A stretch of DNA of 64,000 bases from Thermodesulfobacteriota bacterium (GTDB lineage Bacteria; Desulfobacterota; BSN033; UBA1163), in NCBI GenBank assembly GCA_030017685.1, contig JASEHH010000006.1:3082-67081 (forward strand). The letters run 5' to 3'. The translations under genes were made by a program, and so were the position numbers. Below, in pieces: positions 20,271 through 29,854 of this stretch (position 1 is its first letter; every line of letters begins with the position of its first letter). The notes beneath the pieces are model-generated. The model made no database searches and was not told the origin of the DNA. It worked only from the letters and a program-made list of their open reading frames with translations.

Positions 20271-22823
20271 CTAACCCCATAAGATCAACCCCATCGAATA
20301 GGGATTGGCAAGCAGTGGATGGAAGGGAAGGATGCGGATTCTGAAGCCGAAACGGCCAACAGACTGACAGGGGATCTCCCCTTTGAATGTGGTCTTATCT
20401 CCATTCTGTTGAGAAGGCTGAAGTGAAAGGAACGACCGGCTGAAGAAATTCGCTTTCGAATCGACAGGGCCATAGTAGACCTCTACGGAGAGGTCCTGAG
20501 GCGTCAGTTCTAACAGGCTGATGTCCACTTCCACAGGGAGGGTTTCTCCGAGAGCAACCCCCTTTCTCGCATCGGTTCTCTTTCCCTTAATCTCGATTCT
20601 ACTCCAATTCTTTCTCAATCGGTTCGTCCAGGCGGTCAGGTCCCGGAGACCTTTAAAATTTTCCGCCCGGATCTGGTCCCACCTCAGGGATGACGGAATA
20701 TAGAAATGGTGAAGATAGTCCTGGACCATCCGGTGTGAGTTGAAATAGGCGGCCAGGGTCTTCATCGACTGTTTCATCATCCGTATCCATTCTCTGGGAA
20801 GATTATCCCTTCCCCTTTCATAGAACAGGGGAACGATCTCCTTCTCCAATAGACCGTAGATGGCGTGGCTTTCGATCTCGTCCTGATCCCTTTGATCATC
20901 ATACTCCTCACCGCCTCCGATGGCCCATCCCAGGCCGGGAGCATACCCTTCCACCCACCAGCCGTCGAGGATACTCAGGTTGAGCGCTCCGTTGGCCGCT
21001 GCTTTCATTCCGCTCGTTCCGCACGCCTCGAGCGGACGCCTGGGGTTGTTGAGCCAGACATCGACTCCCTGCACAAGATAACGGGCCACATTGAGATCGT
21101 AATCTTCGATGAAGACGATCCGGTGTTTGAACTCGGGCCGGCGGGCCAGATGGACAATATTCTTAATCACCTCTTTTCCAGGATGATCCTGGGGATGGGC
21201 CTTTCCGGCAAAGATGATTTGAACAGGCATCTGAGGATCATTGAGAATTTTCGCCAGCCGCTCCGGATCGCTCAGGATCATATCCCCCCGTTTGTAAGTG
21301 GCGAACCTTCTTGCGAAGCCGATGGTCAGCGCCTCCGGGTTCAACACCTCGGAGGCCATCTGAACCGCTCCCTTCTTTGCGCCCTGGTGGATGAGCTGAT
21401 CGATAAGTCTTCGCCGTGCGAAGCCGATCAACCGCTCCCTTCTTCGTTCATGGGTCCGCCAGAGTTCCGAATCGGGAATCCGTTCCACCCTCTCCCAGAT
21501 TTTTCTGTTATCGGGATCCTCTGCCCAGCGCCTGCCCAAATAGCGGTCCAGAAGTCCGGCTAAATCGCCGGAGATCCACGAAGGGATGTGGATTCCATTT
21601 GTAATGGCGTCGATCGGAACATCCGCTTCAGGCAACCGGGGCCATAATTGGCTCCACATCCGCCGGGATACGACTCCGTGGAGCCGGCTGACCCCGTTAG
21701 ACCTTGCTGAATGCTTGAGCGCCAGAACGGCCATATTAAAGGAACGGTCCACTCCTCTCTCTCCCTGAATGCCGAGGGCCATAAAATCATCGAGCGAGAT
21801 GCCAAGAGAAGAGATATATTGTCCGAGCACAACGGAGACCAGGTTCCGGTCAAAGACATCGATCCCCGCCGGAACAGGGGTATGAGTCGTAAAAACGCTG
21901 TTTGTATGGACAGCCTCTTGCGCCTCTTCAAAAGAGAGATTGGATTTTTCCATGAGACAGCGGATCCTCTCGAGGATGGCAAATGCGGAGTGGCCTTCAT
22001 TCATGTGGAAGACCGAAGGCCTCACTCCCAGTCGGTCCAGGGCTCTGATTCCGCCGATGCCGAGGATGGCCTCCTGTTTCAAACGCATCGCTCCATCTCC
22101 TCCGTAAAGAGCGAAGGTGATATTCCGATCCCTCTCCTCGTTTTCAACCGTATTGGTATCGAGCATCCACAGAGGGATTCTTCCCACCCGGACTCTCCAT
22201 ATCCGGATTTTGACTTTCCGGTTCTCGATCTCCACCTCGACGGACAGAGGCTCGCCCTTCTCATCCCTTTCGAGTTCAACCGGAAGAATGTGAAAATCGT
22301 TGTCCGGATAGGTCTCCAATTGCCAGCCATCTCCATTCAGATACTGTCGGAAATAACCCTTCTGATAGAGCAGGCCCATCCCCACCATATTGATGCAGAG
22401 GTCGCTTGCTGACTTCAGGTGGTCGCCTGAGAGGACTCCGAGGCCTCCCGAGTAGATGGGAAGGCAATCCGTCAGCCCGTACTCCGCTGAGAAATAGGCC
22501 ACGGTAAATTCGACAGGAGTCTCCAGGCCGAAATCATAAGGCTTTCTCGCCTTGCAATAATGGCGGATCTCCTGATAGATGCGGTCCATCTCGAGCAGAA
22601 ATCCCTCATCATCAAGAAGTTCTTCGAGCCGTTCTCTTCCCAGGCGGCCGAGCATGGCGATCGGGTTATGCCGGGTCTCCTCCCAGAGATTCGAATCAAT
22701 GGACCTGAAAAGGTCGATGGCCTCAATGTTCCAGCAGAACCAGATGTTTCGCGCCATCTCCTCCAAGGGTTTCAGACGTTCCGGAATCTGCGGAACCACG
22801 GTGTAGAGTGTGATCTCTTTCAT
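20271..22823 (-). CDS. glgP: Alpha-glucan (glycogen) phosphorylase
   Basis: YFSAEYG...YSGGLGVLSGDHLKSASDL; FARRFATYKR; PLP-site EACGTSGMKAAANG. Confidence 0.96.
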   Translation of the reverse strand: MKEITLYTVVPQIPERLKPLEEMARNIWFCWNIEAIDLFRSIDSNLWEETRHNPIAMLGRLGRERLEELLDDEGFLLEMDRIYQEIRHYCKARKPYDFGLETPVEFTVAYFSAEYGLTDCLPIYSGGLGVLSGDHLKSASDLCINMVGMGLLYQKGYFRQYLNGDGWQLETYPDNDFHILPVELERDEKGEPLSVEVEIENRKVKIRIWRVRVGRIPLWMLDTNTVENEERDRNITFALYGGDGAMRLKQEAILGIGGIRALDRLGVRPSVFHMNEGHSAFAILERIRCLMEKSNLSFEEAQEAVHTNSVFTTHTPVPAGIDVFDRNLVSVVLGQYISSLGISLDDFMALGIQGERGVDRSFNMAVLALKHSARSNGVSRLHGVVSRRMWSQLWPRLPEADVPIDAITNGIHIPSWISGDLAGLLDRYLGRRWAEDPDNRKIWERVERIPDSELWRTHERRRERLIGFARRRLIDQLIHQGAKKGAVQMASEVLNPEALTIGFARRFATYKRGDMILSDPERLAKILNDPQMPVQIIFAGKAHPQDHPGKEVIKNIVHLARRPEFKHRIVFIEDYDLNVARYLVQGVDVWLNNPRRPLEACGTSGMKAAANGALNLSILDGWWVEGYAPGLGWAIGGGEEYDDQRDQDEIESHAIYGLLEKEIVPLFYERGRDNLPREWIRMMKQSMKTLAAYFNSHRMVQDYLHHFYIPSSLRWDQIRAENFKGLRDLTAWTNRLRKNWSRIEIKGKRTDARKGVALGETLPVEVDISLLELTPQDLSVEVYYGPVDSKANFFSRSFLSLQPSQQNGDKTTFKGEIPCQSVGRFGFRIRILPFHPLLANPYSMGLILWG

Positions 22824-22857
22824 CTTTATTTATCCTCGAACATAGCCTAAAGGCCAA

Positions 22858-23012
22858 GGTTACGGTGACGAAGCCCGTATCGAACAATGAACGATGGACA
22901 ACGAACAATAAACAAAATGAAAAAAGGATGATACACTGTTCATCGTTCATCGTTTAATGTTCATTGTCTCTAATTGATACGGGCAGGTTAACCTTGACCG
23001 TATAACGAAACC
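22858..23012. repeat. Inverted-repeat element copy 3 filled with heptamer arrays
   Basis: GGTTACGGTGACGAAGCCCGTATCG ... GATACGGGC with internal (AACGATG/CATCGTT)-like tandem units. Confidence 0.55.
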
Positions 23013-23018
23013 TTTTTT

Positions 23019-25337
23019 CTAACTAAGTCTTACAGCATTACTTCTCGTCTCTGCGGTTTGATGAAAGGCAGCGTTTTCCTTCTTTAAAGGAGAGGCCCGA
23101 TCGATTTGGAAAATGCCGTGGATGTCGAGGATGAGACCGGCCCGGCCATCCCCCATGATCGTAGCGCCTGCCACTCCTTTCACATCCCTCAACCTCTCCC
23201 CTAAATTTTTAATCACGACCTCTTGTTTCCCGACCAGATCGTCCACCAAGAGGCACTTCTGCGCTCCTTCGTTTTCAACCACAATGACCAGCGTCTCCCA
23301 TGGAGCCTGCCTCTCCGTGGCGACTCCGAGGAGTTGATGAAGCCGGATCAAAGGGAGAAAATTCTCTCTCACCTTGATCAGATCTCCCTTCTGATGGATG
23401 GAAAAGACATCTTCCCGCCGCGGCTTCAGGGTCTCTTTGATGAAGACGGTGGGAATGATGTATCGCTCCTCGCCGACCCGGACGATAATTCCGTCCATGA
23501 TCGCCAGGGTGAGTGGAATGCGCATGATAAAACGGGCGCCCTTTCCCTCACACGAGAAGATCTCGACCTTTCCCCTCAGTTTCTCAATCGCCTTCTTCAC
23601 CACATCCATCCCCACTCCGCGGCCTGAAATATCGGTGACCTGATCCGCCGTTGAAAACCCGGCCTCGAAGATGAGGTTATCGATCTGGTAATCGGTCAAC
23701 ATCTCATCGGAGACGAGCCCCCGCTCTCTTGCCTTTCTTAAAATCTTTTCCCGGTTCAGACCCTGGCCATCATCCCCGATCTCGATGACCACATTTCCTC
23801 CCTTCTGGTAGGCCCTCAAAAAGATATTTCCCGTCTCCGTTTTCCCTGTGTTCCGCCTCTCTTCCGGAGGTTCGATCCCGTGATCGATGGCATTGCGAAT
23901 CATATGAACCAGGGGGTCATAGAGGCTCTCCACCATATTGCGGTCAATCTCCGTCTCCTCGCCGGACATGATCAACTCCACCTGCTTCCCGGATTTCTTC
24001 GCCAGGTCCCGGACCAGACGAACCATCTTCTGGAAGGTCTGCCGGATCGGGACCATCCGGAGGGACATGGAGGTCTTCTGGAGATCGGCTGTGATCCTTT
24101 TAAACTGTGAAAAATCCCGCACCAGCTTCTGATCCCGGAGGGATGAAAAGAGAGGATTTTGTTCCACCAGGGACTGGGCAATCACCAGTTCACCGATCAT
24201 ATCGACCAGGTTGTCCAGCTTATCCGTGTCAACCTTTACCGAAGCCTCATTGAACTGGGATGAGATTCGTTTCTGTTCTCTCAGGGCATCGAGGACCTGC
24301 TTCGGTCTGGCCTTGTTCTCCTTGATCAGAATCTCCCCTAATTTTAAACTTCCCCCCTCTCCCTGTTCCTTCAGGGCTTCGGAAATATCCTCGGAAGAGA
24401 CCACGCCCTTTGAGCTGAGGATCTCTCCGAGACGCGGGGCTTTCTCGGTTTCGAGTCGTACCGACTTATCCTCAGGATCTGCTTCCGTCCTCCCCTGTTC
24501 GACGCCTTCAGCCGGCGGACCGCTCCCCTTGAGGATCTCGATCTTCTTCAGATAGGGTTCCAGTTCAAATGTGGAACATTCCATCCTGCCCGATTCAATA
24601 TGGCCCCTCAAATCGAGAATCATATTTTTCAGCAAGTCTACCGATTCGAGAATAAAATCAACCATTCCCTGCGTGATTCGAAGCCTCCCGTTTCTTGCCT
24701 CATCGAGCAGGGATTCCACGGCATGGGAAAATTTTTGAATATCGTGGAGGTTAAGAAACCCCGAAACTCCCTTGATGGTATGAAAGGGGCGGAAGATCGC
24801 ATTGATATACTCTCTGTTTTCCGGAGATTGTTCCAGACTGATCAGATTCAGCTCGATCGTTCCAAGATGGTCCAGAGCCTCTGAAATAAAATCCTTGTAA
24901 AATTCGATATCCTGATCCACAGGAAATGAAGATGAAACCTTCTCCCCTCTTTCGCCGCAGGTTTCACTCTCGCTCCCGGCAGGCCTCTTCTCCCCGGTCA
25001 GAGACTTCCATCTTTTCCATAACGATTCCTCTTCGGACGACTCCGGATGATCGGGGAAGGCGATCCGATTCTGGATCACCTTCACTCCGGTTCTAATCAG
25101 GCTGAGGCCCTCCTGGAGATCCGGACACTCATTCAGGACGATTTTTTCAACCACCTTTCTAATGGCCTGGCCCAGCGGCTGAATGGAATGAAAGCCGCTT
25201 TCCATGCCTATCTTTTCCGCTTTCTCCAGTTTCTCGAGGATGGCGCCCAGGCCGGGGAGATCGTCCGGCTCAACCATCACGCTTTGAATCGCTAATTGCT
25301 CGATCAGCTCGAAAAGGTCCGCCCTATTTTCAACCAT
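23019..25337 (-). CDS. cheA: Chemotaxis histidine kinase CheA with MshEN-like tandem motif
   Basis: Hpt FRPFHTIKG, KLDNLVDMIGELVI, HMIRNAIDHGIE, GFSTADQVTDISGRGVGMDVV, C-terminal CheW domain; RLGEIL...Q repeats at aa 302-355. Confidence 0.96.
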   Translation of the reverse strand: MVENRADLFELIEQLAIQSVMVEPDDLPGLGAILEKLEKAEKIGMESGFHSIQPLGQAIRKVVEKIVLNECPDLQEGLSLIRTGVKVIQNRIAFPDHPESSEEESLWKRWKSLTGEKRPAGSESETCGERGEKVSSSFPVDQDIEFYKDFISEALDHLGTIELNLISLEQSPENREYINAIFRPFHTIKGVSGFLNLHDIQKFSHAVESLLDEARNGRLRITQGMVDFILESVDLLKNMILDLRGHIESGRMECSTFELEPYLKKIEILKGSGPPAEGVEQGRTEADPEDKSVRLETEKAPRLGEILSSKGVVSSEDISEALKEQGEGGSLKLGEILIKENKARPKQVLDALREQKRISSQFNEASVKVDTDKLDNLVDMIGELVIAQSLVEQNPLFSSLRDQKLVRDFSQFKRITADLQKTSMSLRMVPIRQTFQKMVRLVRDLAKKSGKQVELIMSGEETEIDRNMVESLYDPLVHMIRNAIDHGIEPPEERRNTGKTETGNIFLRAYQKGGNVVIEIGDDGQGLNREKILRKARERGLVSDEMLTDYQIDNLIFEAGFSTADQVTDISGRGVGMDVVKKAIEKLRGKVEIFSCEGKGARFIMRIPLTLAIMDGIIVRVGEERYIIPTVFIKETLKPRREDVFSIHQKGDLIKVRENFLPLIRLHQLLGVATERQAPWETLVIVVENEGAQKCLLVDDLVGKQEVVIKNLGERLRDVKGVAGATIMGDGRAGLILDIHGIFQIDRASPLKKENAAFHQTAETRSNAVRLS

Positions 25338-25462
25338 CTTTCACCCCTTTTATTGAATGACCTAGGTGGCACGGGCATCTTGCCCGTGGCCTTTTGACCA
25401 ATGATTTTTAGTTTCTACATAAATTGAGGTTGATCTTTGTCTTTTTCCGTTATTCATTCTAT

Positions 25463-25489
25463 TTATCGGGTAAAACGCAATTTTCCTTA
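25463..25489 (-). promoter_or_regulatory. Putative sigma28 promoter for cheA
   Basis: TAAG-N15-CCCGATAA. Confidence 0.55.
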
Positions 25490-25497
25490 AATGGCAT

Positions 25498-25525
25498 TAA
25501 AGTTAGCCTCTTTTAGAGCCGATGA
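25498..25525 (+). promoter_or_regulatory. Putative sigma28 promoter for flbD-motA
   Basis: TAAAGTTA...GCCGATGA (TAAA-N16). Confidence 0.5.
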
Positions 25526-25556
25526 ATAATTAAAACTGTTCAAAGGCTGTCTCTTT

Positions 25557-25757
25557 ATGATTACCGTCACCCGGTTGAATAACACTCCTATTGTGGTTAA
25601 TCCCGATCTCATCGTTTTTATTGAAGAAACACCCGACACCATCATTACGCTTTCCAATGGAGAGAAGATAACGGTTCAGGAGTCGGTGAGCGAGGTCATT
25701 AAAAGGGTGACCGATTACAGGAGATGTATTTTCAATCCATCGATACCAATCGAATAA
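25557..25757 (+). CDS. flbD: Flagellar protein FlbD
   Basis: MITVTRLNNTPIVVNPDLIVFIEETPDTIITLSNGEK. Confidence 0.9.
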   Translation: MITVTRLNNTPIVVNPDLIVFIEETPDTIITLSNGEKITVQESVSEVIKRVTDYRRCIFNPSIPIE

Positions 25758-25869
25758 AAGACCTGGGATATTGGAATGATGGAATGATGGGAAAGGATGT
25801 AAACAGGAATAGGAGCAATTCGTTTTTCTTCCGAAAAACCTATTCTTCCAATCTCTTGCGCGTTCTCTT

Positions 25870-26649
25870 ATGGATAAAGCCACTTTAATCGGACTCATAC
25901 TCGGCATAGGAGCAATCCTAGGAGGACAAGTCCTCGAGGGAGGTAGCATTCATTCCATCATGCAGGCGACGGCGGCCCTCATCGTTCTGGGTGGGACCTT
26001 CGGAGCTGTCTTTGTCAGCTTCTCCTTTGATGGAGTCATGGACGCCTTTAAGGGAGTGAAGATTGCCCTCAAAGAACCTTCTCATGATCCTCATCAGATG
26101 ATTGCCCAGATTACCGGTTATGCCAATAAGGCCCGGAAAGAGGGCATTCTCTCTCTCGAAAAAGAGATCAAGAATGTCGAAGATCCCTTTTTAAAAAAGG
26201 CCCTCACCATGGCGGTCGATGGCATCGAGCCTCATGCCATTCGTGATGCAATGGAAATGGAATTGGGGTATCTCGATGAACATGGCAAGACGAGCTCAAA
26301 GGTCTTCAAGGCCGCAGGAGGATATGCTCCAACCATCGGCATCCTCGGGGCGGTGCTGGGCCTGATCCATGTGATGGAGAATTTGAATGACCCCTCGAAA
26401 CTCGGATCAGGGATCGCAACCGCTTTTGTTGCGACGGTCTACGGAGTGGGATCGGCCAATCTCCTGTTTCTGCCCATCGCAAGCAAATTGGAGCTTAGAC
26501 ACCGAGGTGAGATGATCCTGAAGGAGCTAACCCTTGAAGGAGTGGTGGCGGTCTCCACGGGTGAAAACCCGAGATTGATCGAAGAGAAGTTGAATGCTTT
26601 TCTGACGGAGAAGCAGAAGAGCCTCAACGCTACGGAATCGAAGAAATAG
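25870..26649 (+). CDS. motA: Flagellar stator protein MotA
   Basis: ARKEGILSLE, GYAPTIGILGAVLGLI, IATAFVATVYG, GENPRLIEEKL. Confidence 0.95.
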   Translation: MDKATLIGLILGIGAILGGQVLEGGSIHSIMQATAALIVLGGTFGAVFVSFSFDGVMDAFKGVKIALKEPSHDPHQMIAQITGYANKARKEGILSLEKEIKNVEDPFLKKALTMAVDGIEPHAIRDAMEMELGYLDEHGKTSSKVFKAAGGYAPTIGILGAVLGLIHVMENLNDPSKLGSGIATAFVATVYGVGSANLLFLPIASKLELRHRGEMILKELTLEGVVAVSTGENPRLIEEKLNAFLTEKQKSLNATESKK

Positions 26650-26669
26650 GATGATTAACCCAGATGTTG

Positions 26670-26850
26670 CAATATCGAACCCGGGCAGGGGTACTTCCAA
26701 ACCCTTGCAATTGCGGATTTTTAGAAAAGGAAGGGTTACAGAGGATTTCACTTTAGGTGAAGTCCCGGTTTTGCCTAAAAACGCATGTAGCCAAATCCCA
26801 AAGGTGCCGCTGCAAGGCTTTGCCAGCCCCCCCGCCCGGGTCCGATATTG
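26670..26850. mobile_element. 181-bp MITE-like element between motA and motB
   Basis: 22-bp imperfect TIR CAATATCGAACCCGGGCAGGGG / CCCCCGCCCGGGTCCGATATTG. Confidence 0.6.
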
Positions 26851-26982
26851 TTTATTTGCATCCGGTGGGTTAGGTAACAAAAATTTTAACCTTTTGACAA
26901 AAAGTCGTTTTGAGAAAGACCGCCCCGCTTGATTAGTAATAAATTTCTTTATGATCCCAATCGCTTACGAGGATTTTGAATG

Positions 26983-26998
26983 TGGTATGTCTCTTGCA
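26983..26998 (+). promoter_or_regulatory. Putative sigma54 promoter directly upstream of motB
   Basis: TGGTAT-N5-TTGCA, 35 nt before the motB ATG. Confidence 0.55.
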
Positions 26999-27032
26999 GA
27001 TATGGAACCTGATGGAGGAAATCATTTAACCA

Positions 27033-27866
27033 ATGGCCAGAAAGAAGAAAAAGCACGGCGAAGAAGAACATGAAAACATGGAAAGATGGCTGGTCTCCTA
27101 TGCGGACTTCATCACCCTTCTCTTCGCTTTCTTTGTGACGATGTATTCAATGTCGAGGGTGGATGAAAAGAAGATGGGTTCTGCCGTCGAGTCCCTTCAG
27201 AGGGCTCTGGGCTCTGTGATGCCAATCCAGATGACCCATAAGGAGCCGGGGGTATTTTCGAATCAGGTCGTTCCCATCCATTTCAGCATCAGCCCTCCCA
27301 TAGAAGGAAAGGCTTATAGTCCGGATGGAAGGGCTCTCATTAAGATGGCCGAGGACATCAAGAAGGGGATTGAGGATATTTCAAAGGGAAAAACATCTAA
27401 AACCAGCTCAAATTTAGCCCATCAGATCAAATTCATTCTTGAAAAAAGGGGGTTGGTTATCCGTGTCTCTGAACACATCTTTTTTAACTCCGGAGAGGCT
27501 TTTATTCGTCCGGACATGGAGCCAATCCTCAATGTCCTGGCCCAGACCCTCGAAAAGATTCCCAACCACATCCGGATCGAAGGGCATACCGATAATGTTC
27601 CCATTAATACTCCCAGATTTCCTTCCAACTGGGAGCTTTCAACCTCAAGGGCAACAATGATCGTCCGTTATCTGCTTGACCACTTCCGGTTCGATCCGGA
27701 CTGTCTCTCAGCCACAGGTTATGCTGAATTCCGGCCTGTCGATACGAACAGCACCCCCGAGGGAAGGCTCCAAAACCGGAGGGTCGATTTTGTCATCCTG
27801 AGCAACAAGGAGATGGAATCCGAACCTCAGAAGGAAACTGTCCAGGAGCAGAAGAACCCGATTTAG
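27033..27866 (+). CDS. motB: Flagellar stator protein MotB
   Basis: WLVSYADFITLLFAFFVTMY; OmpA-like IEGHTDN...NWELSTSRA...NRRVD. Confidence 0.96.
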   Translation: MARKKKKHGEEEHENMERWLVSYADFITLLFAFFVTMYSMSRVDEKKMGSAVESLQRALGSVMPIQMTHKEPGVFSNQVVPIHFSISPPIEGKAYSPDGRALIKMAEDIKKGIEDISKGKTSKTSSNLAHQIKFILEKRGLVIRVSEHIFFNSGEAFIRPDMEPILNVLAQTLEKIPNHIRIEGHTDNVPINTPRFPSNWELSTSRATMIVRYLLDHFRFDPDCLSATGYAEFRPVDTNSTPEGRLQNRRVDFVILSNKEMESEPQKETVQEQKNPI

Positions 27867-27911
27867 TCCTTTATGAATGAAATTGTGCGCAAAATGGTAA
27901 CAAAGAAAAAA

Positions 27912-28175
27912 CTCTAAACCCTAAACACGAAACCCTAAATAAACTCAAAACACAAATTAAAAAACTCGTATCACTTTAGCTCTTTGAAAAAGTCCCCACT
28001 TATGTCATTCCCGTGAAAACGGGAATCCAGAATCTAAAACCTCTGGATTCCTGCTTCCGCAGGAATGACAAGCTTATTGGGCTAAATCACCAAACAATTT
28101 TCAAAGCACTAAATTGATGCCATATTTTAAACTTTAGGCTTTGGATTTTGGGTTTGTTTAGAGTTTAGGGTTTCA
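27912..28175. mobile_element. Nested element: heptamer arrays around a TTTGAAAA/TTTTCAAA wrapper around a GTCATTCCC...GGAATGAC core (28004-28069)
   Basis: Core matches the inside of the 132-bp MITE; lies between convergent motB and the kinase. Confidence 0.6.
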
Positions 28176-28226
28176 ATTCTTTGCTTTGTATTTCCTTGTA
28201 GTCTGTTGGATTCTGACTGAGCCGGT

Positions 28227-28991
28227 TTACGATTTTTTGGGGAAGGTGGAAGGAGGAGTCAGCGGAAACTTTACGGAGAAGAAGGTCTCGCCTTCCTTGA
28301 AATGAGGCTCGATGGAAACTCCGTAGGGAGTGAGGAGTTTCCGGGCCATAAATAATCCCAATCCGTAATGGCCTCCGTTTTTCGTGGTGAAGAAAGGGGA
28401 AAAGAGGCGGGGCCGAAGCTCACCCGGGATCCCACAACCCGTATCCGTGATCACCGCCTGAATATGATCGTTCCCGGCCCGGGTGCTCAGCGTCAGCTCC
28501 TTTCGGGGGGTCTCTTCCATTGCCTCCACCGCATTCTCGATCAGGCTCGACAGACCCTCGCTGAAATCGACCTCATGGCCCTGGAGCGAAGGCAAACGGC
28601 CGGAGAAGTTCTTCTTCACCTTTACATGGTGCTTAAAAAAGAGGTGGTGATGAAACAGTCCAATCTCCCTTTCGATCACCTCATTCAAATTGATCCTCCG
28701 GGAACCCTCCTCATCTCTTTCTCTCAGATGCAACCCCTCTAACATCGACTTCAACTTATCGATCTGGGCCATGCACTGGTCCATCTTCTCCTGGATGGAG
28801 GAATGGCTCTTTCCGTCCTTTCTGGCCATCGTCCTTTGAATCATCTCCATCTGCATGGAGAGGATCTGGATGGATCCGTTCAGGTTATGGACGACCCCGC
28901 CAATCAATGATCCCATCCTCGAATGCCTGGAACGGCCTTTCAGGACGGCAAAGAGCGTCTCGATGTTTTCAAAAATCTTCTGATCAACCAT
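28227..28991 (-). CDS. Sensorless cytoplasmic histidine kinase
   Basis: H-box GGVVHNLNG, ENAVEAM, DTGCGI, FSPFFTTKNGGHYGLGL; only ~30 aa before the H-box. Confidence 0.8.
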   Translation of the reverse strand: MVDQKIFENIETLFAVLKGRSRHSRMGSLIGGVVHNLNGSIQILSMQMEMIQRTMARKDGKSHSSIQEKMDQCMAQIDKLKSMLEGLHLRERDEEGSRRINLNEVIEREIGLFHHHLFFKHHVKVKKNFSGRLPSLQGHEVDFSEGLSSLIENAVEAMEETPRKELTLSTRAGNDHIQAVITDTGCGIPGELRPRLFSPFFTTKNGGHYGLGLFMARKLLTPYGVSIEPHFKEGETFFSVKFPLTPPSTFPKKS

Positions 28992-29098
28992 GGTTTTCAG
29001 GTGTCCATCTGAAAGGGGGATTGAATAGCATTAGCGGCCTCACATTAACCTGATCCCATTCCCTTTGTCAAACCCAAATTTCAAATAACTCCTCCCTT

Positions 29099-29812
29099 TT
29101 ATCTCTCGATCAGCTTCTTCAACAGAATCTTCTTGAAGGTGGAGAATTCCTCCTCCGTGATCGATCTTTCCTTTTTAAGGTCAGCCAGACGCTGAAGACT
29201 CTCAAGCGCCTTTTCCTCAGCCTCCCTCTTCTTCAAATCGAAATCCGGGGCAAGGGGACTGACCTGTTTGAGGATCAGTTCCATCTCCGGATTCTTCTTT
29301 TCTCCGAACATCATCCAGCAGATGCTCAACACATGGCTCAAATGTTCATCCCAGGTCTCTTTCAACCGCCCCAGTTCTTCCTTCGTCTCTTTCAGCATCC
29401 GGAGGAGGTCCCTGTTCTCCCGGACCAGCGAAATCTTTTCACAACCATTCTGAATGAGGATCTCCAGTTCATCCAGTTTGAAAGGTTTCCGGATATAATC
29501 ATAGGCCCCTCCCCGGATGGCCTGAATGGCCGAATCGAGGGAAGCGTAACCGGTCATGATGATGACGATGCTGTCGGGATGGCGGCTCTTGACTTCATTG
29601 AGAAGTTGAATCCCATCCACCTCCGGCATGATGAGGTCGGTGAGGAGGATATCGAAAACCTCCTTTTTCAGCGCCTCGAGCACCTCTCTTCCATTCTGAA
29701 ACAATCGGACAGTCCGGTTCCCTCCGGAAAGAGAGTCTCTCAGAATCTCTCGAAGTTCATCCTCATCCTCTGCGATCCAGATACGAATTGGCTGTGCTGG
29801 ACCTGGGTTCAT
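29099..29812 (-). CDS. Response regulator with C-terminal SHOCT-like domain
   Basis: IWIAEDE...ILLTDLIMP...GAYDYIRKPF; tail LQRLADLKKERSITEEEFSTFKKILL; start set at MNPGP because the ORF-track extension runs through a hairpin element. Confidence 0.8.
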   Translation of the reverse strand: MNPGPAQPIRIWIAEDEDELREILRDSLSGGNRTVRLFQNGREVLEALKKEVFDILLTDLIMPEVDGIQLLNEVKSRHPDSIVIIMTGYASLDSAIQAIRGGAYDYIRKPFKLDELEILIQNGCEKISLVRENRDLLRMLKETKEELGRLKETWDEHLSHVLSICWMMFGEKKNPEMELILKQVSPLAPDFDLKKREAEEKALESLQRLADLKKERSITEEEFSTFKKILLKKLIER

Positions 29813-29854
29813 TTTTAAATCCCGTTCGAATTGAAGAAAACGAGGATATCGTGA

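Noticed and set aside
26651-26932. 93-aa ORF between motA and motB
   Set aside because: Runs through the TIR element; no homology cues.
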